64,000 bases of DNA from positions 11,718,001 to 11,782,000 of the forward strand of contig JAQFVV010000007.1 in NCBI GenBank assembly GCA_028023455.1, in the 5' to 3' direction. Made by a program: the position numbers and the translations under genes. A model generated the notes under the pieces. It searched no databases and was not told the origin of the DNA. It saw only the letters and a program-made list of their open reading frames with translations. The DNA is from Epiperipatus broadwayi. Taxonomy: Eukaryota; Animalia; Onychophora. Shown piece by piece: positions 12,933 to 22,739 of this stretch. Position 1 is the first letter of the stretch; every line of letters begins with the position of its first letter.

Positions 12933-13544
12933 TACATGATATAAATACAGTGAAACATCAATATATATATATATATATATATTGATAATCTAGCTGGCCA
13001 CATCCCACTGCATACATAACATAAGACCAGTCCAATTTATCTATTTTATCCTTTGTATTATTAAGCAACCTATTCACATTAGTGGGTGTCTAAATCGAAT
13101 ATTGAACTTATTGGAATATATCTTTTTAATTTTATTTCTAACATTTTGGTACATATGGGTAGGGCCTTCAGTTTTTATTAATTTAACTTTTCTATTTCCA
13201 TGCATAATATTTCTTTTAAAATGGTCAATATATTTATGTATAGCAATTGGAATAAATTCAAATTTTATTATTTGTTTTTAATCCTGGTATTGTTGAGATA
13301 ATTTATAAGGAAAGGAATATTAGAAAATGAAAGATTAAGGAGAACTTTGTTTATTGCACAAAATATATATGTAAAGAATGAGAGAGAAATAGTATTCATA
13401 TAGCTCAAAAATATGATTTTAATTTTTTTAAAAGGTAAAATACTGTTGGGGGGGGGCATTTGTTTGGTAATCATGATTATGATGTTTTTGTGTCTAATGT
13501 TTATAATAATGATAGAAGTTCAATCTATTTTATATATAATATAA

Positions 13545-13660
13545 AAATTCCCCCAAATCCAAAACTCAATCAGACTAGTCAAGAAAGTATAAAATGCAAC
13601 CAATGGTTTCACTGATATAAGTGGACTTCTCAAATGTAAAGAACTACAAAACAACAGCAT
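13545..13660. repeat. Interspersed repeat, second copy at about 21708-21820
   Basis: aattcccccaaatccaaaactcaatcagactagtcaagaaag...caaccaatggttt...ttctcaaatgtaaagaactacaaa versus attattcccaatccaaaatgctaccagactagccaagaaac...caaccaatggttt...ttctcaagtgtacagaactacaaa. Confidence 0.7.
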
Positions 13661-13894
13661 ATTTATATTAAATATTACCCACAATTCCATTTACGTCCCA
13701 CATATCATTAATATTAAAATAACTTTTAAATAAGTTAATTGCTTCAGAATCATACATTTTTTATAATAAAGATTCCTTAATTCTTCTTTTTATTTCATTT
13801 CTCTCAAAAAAGACAACTTTAGCTTCCTCAAAATTAAAAGTGTGGCCTGTACCTAATATATATATATAACATTAATTCTAATATTCTCATGGAT

Positions 13895-14182
13895 AAATGA
13901 TGAATTCATAGTATTATTTCTAGAAGCTTCTGTATAATAAAATTATAATAGCTAAATAGCTGATGTTTCAGTACAATATCAAGTACTTTCTTCAGAGCTT
14001 TTTTCTCAAATCATAAGAATGGGTGTAGTGAGATTTAAAATGTTACAGACATTCTTATGATTTGAGAAATAAGCATCTCTGATGAAAGTACTTATTATTG
14101 TACTGGGATGTCAGCTATTTAGCTATTATCTTTTTTATTACAAGAAAGCTCCTAGAAATAATATTATGAATTCATACATTTA
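13895..14182. mobile_element. HHR-hairpin family 3: about 290-bp palindrome with a hammerhead in each arm
   Basis: Arms about 13895-14021 and 14050-14182. Combining the arms gives AGCT-CTGATGA-A-AGTAC ttgatatt GTACT-GAAAC-GTC-AGCT. The arms read GAAACATC and GGGATGTC, consistent with CpG decay of GAAACGTC. Confidence 0.75.
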
Positions 14183-14965
14183 AATATATAATATGTGTGT
14201 AATTTAAATAGAAGAAAACTAGTTTTTACACACTATGATTTGTCAGTCATTCACATGAATAAATGCTCTAAAAGTAAAGACCATCATTTATATTGAGAGT
14301 CTAATTTTACATAAGCAAATATCCACTGACAGTTCTGTAAATAAAGTGGGATTTTATTTAACAACTCTGTTTTAAAATCAGCTTATTACTTATAAAGATT
14401 TAAATTATAATCCATAGCAGTGATAGTATATCATAGTATATCATTTTTAAAGCCCTGCAATAGTGCATAACATACATTTAAATAGGTATAAATATTAAAC
14501 AGCATTCCATTTTATATATATACTGTATAATTTCGATAGAGGAAAACTACTTTTCACACATATGCTATAAATAATCAGCACTCCACATCAATAAATATTT
14601 TAAAATTATAAGCAGCCATCTATCTATCTATACATAAAGCCTACTCTTAAGTAAACCAATATTCATTAATATTGCTGGGACATATAATTTGAATATTTAT
14701 AAGTAATAAACTGACTTAAAATTTGGATCCCAGAATTGTTAATGAATGTTTGTCTATTTAAGAATAGATTGGGAGGCCACCATGCATTTAAACCACTTAT
14801 TTATTTGGAGTACTGGCTATTTATAGTACATGTGTTAAAGGTAGTTTTCTTGCATCTAAATTACACACGCACACACACATATATATATATATGTTATTTA
14901 ATATGTAATATATGTTATGTTATTTAATATTTATATATATAAGTTCTTATTTTTATGACAATCAT

Positions 14966-15376
14966 TTATTCCATTTTATACAACTGATACACATGATACC
15001 ATACATGTGAAAAAGATTCTCTAATATACATATTTTGTGCTGAACCAGCAATCAACAGTTGGACTAGATCACCATCTCACACACATATACAATCAGGGCT
15101 CAGTTTATATTAAAATAGAAAATCTTCAAACTTTAATGGGCAAGCTGCAATCTTTTCCACCATCCAACTCTTCTGAAGATTGAAGCTTGTCAATTAAAGT
15201 TTGAAGGTTTGCTATCTTAATATAAAGTGAGTGCAGATTGTATATATGTATGAAATATGGTGATCTGGACTAACTGATGACTTCTGGTTCAGCACAAAAT
15301 ACAGAAATTGGAGATCATTTACCTTTTTCACATGTATGTGGTCATGTGTATCAGTTGTATAAGATGAAGTGAATAG
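14966..15376. mobile_element. HHR-hairpin family 2, copy I (head-to-head inverted pair)
   Basis: Arms about 14966-15180 and 15180-15376 are reverse complements. Decayed hammerheads at 15014-15070 (-) and 15262-15316 (+, CTGATGA...CAGCAC-AAAA from CAGCAC-GAAA). Confidence 0.75.
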
Positions 15377-15862
15377 TTATAGAGAGCTTGAAAGTTTGAA
15401 TTCAGGTCCCTTTTAATTACACTGAGCTTAGTATAGACAATATACTTAATATTTGAATATTATATATATATATCAACTTTTTTTTTTACAAAATAATGTT
15501 TATTTTGCAAGAAATTAATAACTTATCTCGTTAATTATGTCAGAATCAAAACCTAAATAACTAATTCTTAGCATCAGCTTTTTATTTTTTTACTCTTACA
15601 TGATCTATTTTAAAATGTTGATAATATTATTTTTTGCTTATCTACTGGGGTGTGGAGTTTTGAATAGTTTTATGTGGCCGATTTCTTAATTACACTTATG
15701 CTTTTTATTTTAAATAAATCTTTATTTTTCCTTAAATATTTACATTTTTAAAACTGTAGTAAAGTTTTTAGTCTGTAATAGTTTTTAAACAATGCTAGAA
15801 AGTTTGTGCATAAAATCCCTATATAATGTTTACTCATTAATATCTCCAGACAAATTTATAGC

Positions 15863-16083
15863 TTTTGCTTTATCCAAGGCTGTCCACTGATGAAAGCCAT
15901 AAGCTAGAAACTAGTTTGGGGATATCGGATGAATAGGCACTAGATAAGTATTTTATGCAAAAACTTTCTAGCATCCATTGATTAGTATGGCTTGTACTGA
16001 GTTGCGTTACAGTCTGAAGAGTTTGCTCTTGTTTTAACAGTTTTTTTAAGCATAGGTAATGGTGATCATATGATGTTTTAGTA
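15863..16083 (+). mobile_element. HHR-hairpin family 1, copy B (sense unit with tail, no inverted arm seen)
   Basis: tccaaggctgtccaCTGATGAaAGCcataaGCTaGAAACTAGTTtggggatatcggatg...ggtgatcatatgatgttttag. Confidence 0.8.
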
Positions 16084-17060
16084 ATTATTTATATTCCTCA
16101 TAACATTCGTTAAAGTTAAAATTAAAAAAAAAAGAATGTAATCTTAAAAATAATATACCTAAGCAAAAAAAAGTAATAAACTGAAATTTAGTTTGGTTAG
16201 AAAAATATTTCTCAATGTGTAATAGATAATTATGCATCAATTTTTATTTATTTATTGATAAAACATTTAGAATAGAATACCTTCAAGTAGTAAACATAAG
16301 TTTTGAATTTTAAAATTTTAGCTTATAGGGACAAAAATAACAGCTACATTATTTACAGAGATATTTCTTATTTTTATTTTCTGCCACTAATGACTTTCAA
16401 TTTTATATTATTTCCTTTTACTAGACTTATTATTTGTCACAAAGGAAACAAATATGTACAAATAAAATATAAATGTGAACTTAATATGGTTATCAAAAGA
16501 ATCTATTTGTGAACTTATAAGTTTTGATTTCAAAATTTTAAAGCATAAAGTACAGCAATTTCATTTTATTTTTCACAGAAATAATAATAACAGTCATTTG
16601 TAAATAAGTATGGCCATTCTAACTCCAAGAAAAAAAAAGAAAAAAAAGAGAGATAGATCTAGAGAGAATCTTGCATTCATTATACTAACCAATGTCTGAA
16701 CCACAAATATATCCATGTATATAACATCCTGGTCCACATTTATATTTAATTAATATTTTATGATATCTGTTAATTTCATCAGCAGAAAAATTTTCTTTCT
16801 GAAATATTTCAACACCATGATTAATTGTAGCTTATCAATGTGTTCTATACTTTACCATATCTTCCCAATGGAACAATTGATTTTGCAATTTCTTAGAATG
16901 TCTTTGAAATCATCATTATATTATATATGGAATACATCTTTCCCATTAAAACCATGCTCATGTTGATTATAAAACATCTTTTAAGGATGTTTTGCATTAT
17001 TTATTTATTTTATATGTCCAATCCAACACAGTAATGATGTATAACATCTTTAGTTTGAAT

Positions 17061-17324
17061 CCAATTAACATCACATGTCACCATTCTTATGCTTGCTTAT
17101 AACTGTTATTAAAACAGGCAAAACTCATTATACCTAAGATCTAGGTGCAGTGCTCTCAGATCCAAGGCTCCTCACTGATGAAGGCCACAAGCCAGAAAAC
17201 AGTCTGGGGATATTGGATGAGAAGGCACTAGATGGGGATTTTATGCATAAGCCTTCTGTCATCCATTGATTACTTTAGCTTGCAGTGAGTGGCAATACAT
17301 ATAGTGAGCTTTGCCTGTTTTAAA
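17061..17324 (-). mobile_element. HHR-hairpin family 1, copy C
   Basis: Same architecture on the minus strand. TSD ctttagttt(g/a)aat at 17048-17060 and 17325-17337. Hammerhead reads on + at 17169-17210, with an altered stem III (GAAAACAGTC). Confidence 0.8.
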
Positions 17325-17572
17325 CTTTAGTTTAAATTAATATCATATAATATACATTTTACATCACATATTTACTATCAAATGACGGAAAAACATCAAA
17401 CAAGTACTTTTTGCCTGAAGGTTTGTATTAATGGCATTTTAGATATACTTATATGTTGGGCTATTTTCGTCATTTTCACATTATATCATGAATAACTTTA
17501 GAATAATTTTAAACCTTATTTAAATTTTTTGATTACATTAAATTATTAATAATAACACACAGATTAATATCT

Positions 17573-17835
17573 AACAGACAAAATCTCCATATAGTAGTGC
17601 CATTCAGTGCGAGCAAGAACATTCAGTGGATGCCAGAAGGCTTGTGCATAAAACCTCTATCTAGTGCCTACTTATCCAATATACCCAGACTAGTTTCTGG
17701 CTTGTAGCCTTCATCAAGTGATGAGCTTTGGATCTTAGAGCACTGCACCTAGATGGCACTACTTTATGAAGAGTTTTGCCTGTTTTAATAACAGTATGAG
17801 TAAGCATATGAAATGGTAATCATGTGATGTTTGGT
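17573..17835 (+). mobile_element. HHR-hairpin family 1, copy D
   Basis: Antisense unit to about 17752, then sense 3' part with tail. TSD agatta(a)tatct at 17561-17572 and 17836-17846. Hammerhead on the minus strand at 17683-17722 with a 1-nt insertion in the core. Confidence 0.8.
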
Positions 17836-17871
17836 AGATTATATCTGCACAATATTATTAGTGATATTATT

Positions 17872-18180
17872 TTCCTCTCTACTCTGTGTGTTGAAGGCCG
17901 GACCAGTGACAATGCTAGGATCAGAATTGAACCAGGACCTTTAGATTCTTGAATATTCTCAGTTGAATAGAGTGTTTTCTTAAAATTCAATATTCAAGAA
18001 TCTCAAATTCCAGTTTTGATTCCCATGCTAGTGTGGTCACTGATCAGTCCAGCAACATCTAAGGAAGAGAGAAGAATAATACCACCCAACATGTTGTGTA
18101 GATACTATCTTATATGCTATTAGTAATAGTTGAATGTAATCAGACAATTTAAATAAAGTTTAAATTTTTTCAAAGTCATT
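17872..18180 (+). mobile_element. Fold-back family 4 (inverted short arm plus long sense unit), no clear hammerhead
   Basis: 17872-17957 is the reverse complement of about 17988-18075. The sense unit recurs at 54202-54392. Confidence 0.65.
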
Positions 18181-18473
18181 CATGATTTAATGTTAGATGA
18201 TGGAAATAGTCCAGGATATATGTACAATCAAACAAATACTGTAGATAACTGCAATTCACCCACTAGAAGTTAATTGCAAGGATAATTTATGTACCTATAA
18301 ACTTACCCAAAGCAATCTACTCATCAAGATGAGAAGCTTAATTATTGGTTATTTTAAAATTTACTAGATATTCAATGTTTATTTATTTACTACATATGCA
18401 GTCTAGATTAGTTGTGGACAGGTGATGTTCTGTCTTAATAAATTTATATAATTTTATTTTGAAAATTTAAATA

Positions 18474-18515
18474 AAGCTCTGAGGAAGACTATTGGGCAAT
18501 CTAAACTTTCAACTA
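18474..18515 (+). ncRNA. Decayed hammerhead-like motif (family 3-related)
   Basis: AAGCT-CTGAGGA-AGA ctattgggcaa TCT-AAAC-TTTC-AACT. The G of GAAA is missing. Confidence 0.4.
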
Positions 18516-18689
18516 TTTTTCAAGTTCATAAACATATTTATTACAATGTATTATAAGCATTTACAAATGTAATGGGATTATTTTGATCTTAATATTAACT
18601 ATAATGTGTTAGATATTCACAGAATGGTAATCTTTTACATTTTTAATTATAATCTTGAGTTTTTTTTAAATCAGTTTTACAGATTTTAG

Positions 18690-19130
18690 AATTTGAAGAA
18701 AATTTAAAAATACTATTGCTGAAAATAGAAGTGGGCTATATTTGTTTGCATACAATCTACTTCAATTCAAAATTATGATCTTTTAAGGCTCAAAATGCTC
18801 TCATGATAATTATCATTAGGGTTGTGCTCATAAATCTTTTAATAATATCAGTAATTTACTTATTTTGGTGTTGTATAGCCCAACACATTGCTTAAACAAA
18901 TAATGTGCTTTAATAGAAACAGAACAATAACAGTAGTAAAATACAAATGGTAAATTAGGATCACAAATGAAACTATGAAGTAAATGAGTAAATAAAGAAT
19001 TACTTGTAATGAATTAAACCAGAAATCAGTGCTACGGTCAAAATCATCCATAATGAAATGTGATTCTATATTATTGTCTTTTTATGTCTTGACTCCATCT
19101 AAAGAAGAAGAGTAAGTGTGCACAAAATGC
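18690..19130 (+). mobile_element. Possible highly decayed PLE endonuclease and pLTR remnant
   Basis: Fragments SGLYLF, IAQHIA*TN and ELNQKS in different frames loosely resemble the GIY-YIG region; weak. Confidence 0.25.
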
Positions 19131-19174
19131 TACATATAACTACACATTTTTTTCTAAAAAATATCATTCTACAT

Positions 19175-19340
19175 GTGATATAGAGATCAGACCAATAGCT
19201 CAAACAAGCTCTTAATTCATAAGTGTGGTAAGAGAAAACATTCAAAATCCCTATCCTGAACATTACCAATTGGTTTTGAGCTTATGGCTCACTTCAGAAT
19301 TAAGAGCTTGTTCAAGCTATTGGTACACTCTCTATATTAC
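19175..19340. repeat. About 165-bp imperfect fold-back repeat
   Basis: gtgatatagag...accaatagctcaaacaagctcttaattc pairs with gaattaagagcttgttcaagctattggt...ctctatattac. Confidence 0.7.
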
Positions 19341-19689
19341 ATATTTGTAAATACAAGCTTATAAAAGCAATGTTATGTTATTTATGGCTTGCTTTATACA
19401 TGTGGAAAAATATTTTATCAAAACCATAAACAACGTGATAAAATAAAAGTGAAGTGATGAAGTTAAGAAAATATAACATTAATTATATAGCCTACTACTG
19501 GAAGGAAAAAAAATAATGTATATAATTTACACTTTATGCAAGCATTATTTTCTTCAAATAATTGTATTTCCTTACAGTCTTGACTTTCTCTCATTCTTCT
19601 TTAATGTTGCGTAGCATTTAAATATATATAACTACATAAAAATGAAATATTAATGTATAATTATATTAAAGTAATTATAATTTATATTA

Positions 19690-20400
19690 AAATATTTAGA
19701 TGTAGAGATTAATATAAATAATGATAGCAAAATTATATTAAAACATTTCATTAAAGAAGATAAATTAAAAAAAAAAGTTTATAGATTTACAACAAACATG
19801 GATATGGAAAATGGCAGTTATTAAAAATTTTAAGCATAAAAATCATAAAAGTAATACAGATAAAAATATAGCTAGTTTACAAAAGAAACAGTTTATTGAA
19901 TCATACAAAAAATATAAATATAATTCTAAAAGTGTTAAAAATATACTTTTAATTTATAAAACACATAATTTAAATATTATTAATGTTTCTATTATAAATA
20001 ATAATAATATCTCTAATAAAAAATAAATATAACTTTTGCATATTTTCCTAAAATTTATAATGCATAATAAAAAATAAATATAACTTTTGCATATTTTCCT
20101 AAAATTTATAATGCATAAAACATAATGCCAAATATTAAAAATCTAGACAAATTAATAGGTAATTATAAAGTAAGACATAATATGAATAATAGAAAAGAAT
20201 TGTGTATAAAATTAATTATGGAAATTGCAATATAACTTACAATGGACATTCAGGGAAACAATTAGATAAAAGAACAAAAGAAAATAATAATGTAATCAAT
20301 AGAAGAGATGATAAATCTGCATTGTATGTTTATTATTTAAAATATGAAATAAAAGTGATTCTATAAAAATATAAAACCTTCAAATTATATTAATGAGCTT
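19690..20400 (+). mobile_element. Degenerate Penelope-like element (RT C-terminus plus GIY-YIG), directly followed by an RTE copy
   Basis: KYLDVEI (FLDV motif) at 19690. IVYKINYGNCNITYNGHSGKQLDKRTKENNNVINRRDDKSAL at 20199-20324 matches PLE VYKIxCxxCxxxYIGxTGRxLxxRxKEH...SAL. Confidence 0.75.
20014..20118 (+). repeat. Perfect 51-bp tandem duplication
   Basis: taataaaaaataaatataacttttgcatattttcctaaaatttataatgca occurs at 20014-20064 and 20065-20115. Confidence 0.95.
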
Positions 20401-20439
20401 AAAGAAAAAAAATATATGAAAAAAATTCTATTTATTACA

Positions 20440-21613
20440 AAAAATATGTATTTAAAAGTGGTTTTAGTACAGTAAATCATATCCAGGTATTGAGAGAAAT
20501 TATAGAAAGGACAAATGGATATGATTTGCCATTATGCTTAGGATTTGTAGATTATGAAAAAGCATTTGATTCTATAAACATTTTCCTCAATATTTAAAGC
20601 ATTGGATCATCAAGGTGTAGATCCAGGATATTGTCATATTTTAAAGAATATTTATAAAAATGCAACAGCAACAATTAGATTACATAATGATAGTAGGAAA
20701 ATCAACATTGAAAAGGGTGTAAGACAGGGTGACTCCATGTCTCCAAAACTTTTTACAGCAGTGCTGCAAAAAGTATTTTGTGGATTAAAATGGGAAGTTA
20801 AAGGGGTGAAAGTAAATGAAGATTATTTAAGTCATTTAGATTTTGCAGATGATGTAGTTGTTTTTGCAAATAATGCTTTAGAGCTACAGGAAATGTTGCA
20901 GGAGTTATCAGATGGAAGTAGGAAAGTAGGACTAAAGATAAATGTTAAAAAGTCTAAAGTAATGTTTAATAGATTTTTTCAAAATATGAAATAAAGATTG
21001 ATTATGATGAGTTAGAAGAAGTTAACAGTTACAAATATTTTGGTCAGATTATTAATACAGATGGAAATATAATGGATGAAATTAATCATAGAATTAATCT
21101 TGGTTGGAGTGCTTTTGGTAGAAATAACTTGATACTAAAAGGAAATATACCTATGTGTTTGAAAAGGAAGATTTTTAATAAATGTGTTTTGCCAGTTCTT
21201 ACTTATGGATCTGAGACTTGGACACTTAATAGAAGAGCAATACAGAGACTTCAGACCACTCAAAGAAGAATGGAGAGATGCATGTTGGGAGTAACAAGAA
21301 AAGATCGAAAACACAATGTATGGGTAAGAAAACAAACAGGTGTTACTGACATCATTGAAAAAATTAAAAGACTGAAGTGGAGTTGGGCTAGTCATATTGT
21401 TAGAAGAGATGATAATAGATGGACAATTGAAATTTTAAACTGGATTCCAAGAGATTGTAAAAGACCAGAAAGCGACCATATGTGAAATGGAAGAATGAAA
21501 TAAGAAAGTGTGCAGGGGTGATGTGGAGAAGAGAAGCTATAGATAGGAAAAGATGGATTGAACTTGGAGAGACCTTCATCCTGCAGTGGATTGATAATGG
21601 TTGTTGATGATAA
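20440..21613 (+). mobile_element. 5'-truncated RTE-clade non-LTR retrotransposon (reverse transcriptase pseudogene)
   Basis: GFSTVNHIQVLREIIER..LCLGFVDYEKAFDS; GVRQGDSMSPKLF; LDFADDVV; CVLPVLTYGSETW; RLKWSWASHIVR; WIPRDCKRP. The 3' end is CCTTCATCCTGCAGTGGA followed by a (GAT/AAT)-type tail. Frameshift near 20585 and stop at 20992. Confidence 0.95.
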
Positions 21614-21956
21614 TGAATTTAACTAATAATTGGCTAATGAAAAATGAATAGAAAGTTATATATGTAACATTACAAGCATAAAGCTAAACTAGTCAATAAA
21701 GAATTAAAATTATTCCCAATCCAAAATGCTACCAGACTAGCCAAGAAACTAAAATCAACAACACAACCAATGGTTTTATTGTTACAAGCAGAATTCTCAA
21801 GTGTACAGAACTACAAATATATAACTTAAACATTATTTCACATAAAAACAGGCAATATTCTCCATACAGTAGTGTCACTCAGTGCAAGCCAGAGTAATCA
21901 ATGAATGCCAGAAGGCTTGTGCATAAAATCCCCATCTAGTCCATACTCATCCAATA

Positions 21957-21998
21957 TCCCCAGACTAGTTTCTGGCTTGTGGCCTTCGTCAGTGAGGA
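21957..21998 (-). ncRNA. Minimal type I hammerhead ribozyme, best-preserved copy
   Basis: UCCUCA-CUGACGA-A-GGC cacaa GCC-A-GAAAC-UA-GUC/UGGGGA. Stem I is UCCUCA:UGGGGA, the core is intact, stem III is the palindrome ACUAGU, and the cleavage triplet is GUC. The A/A pair at the base of stem II is non-canonical. Confidence 0.75.
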
Positions 21999-22071
21999 GC
22001 CTTGGATCTAAGAGCACTGCACCTATATCATGAATCATAAGATCTAGGTGCAGTGCTCTCAGATTCAAGGC

Positions 22072-22112
22072 TCCTCACTGATGAAAGCCACAACTAGAAA
22101 CTAGTCTGGGGA
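22072..22112 (+). ncRNA. Minimal type I hammerhead ribozyme
   Basis: UCCUCA-CUGAUGA-AAGCCACAACUA-GAAAC-UA-GUC/UGGGGA. Stem II has a 1-nt deletion. Confidence 0.65.
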
Positions 22113-22739
22113 TATTAAATAAGTAGGCAATAGATATGGATTTTATGCACAAGCCTTCTGGCATTCATTGATTACTCTTGCTTGCACTGAGTGGCACTAC
22201 TATATAGAGAATTTTGCCTGTTTTAATAATAGTTATGAGTAATCATAAGAAATGATGATTATGTGATTATTTCACATAACTTGATCTAAGAGAGTAATCA
22301 GTGTTTACTGACTAATAAAGGAGTTTTTTATATGGTTGACTTTATAATGAAAAAAAGCATGTAACATGTTTATGATTTTTAGAGTACAGTTGGTTTTGTG
22401 TTTAAATTTATCTCTTTTTTCACATAAGAGACCAACCATGAAAGAAACATTTGTGGGAAAAAATGTAGCCTTCTTTTAATTTTATAATGTGTTATTAATA
22501 TTTAGCATTTAAAGGACATTATTCAACAAAGTAAAAAAGGTTACATTATTTCTTTTACATACATACTATTAGATTGCTAAAATTACAAATAACAATGTTT
22601 TGAAAAGAGTCAAAAGTTTACAAGTGAATGAGCTGTTTGTCACCTGTCATTTTGTCATGATGGCAAATGACACTTTTTGGTTTTTCATTCTCATTTTATA
22701 TTAATTAATCTTGAGGGATTTCTTTGTAAAAGGCTTGAA

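Larger units (their letters stand above)
21846..22265 (+). mobile_element. HHR-hairpin family 1, copy E/F (two full units head-to-head)
   Basis: Antisense unit 21846-about 22026, short spacer, then sense unit 22041-22265 with tail. Perfect 14-bp TSD ATTATTTCACATAA at 21832-21845 and 22266-22279. Confidence 0.9.

Noticed and set aside
21135-21395. 86-aa minus ORF
   Set aside because: Antisense shadow of the RTE reverse transcriptase.
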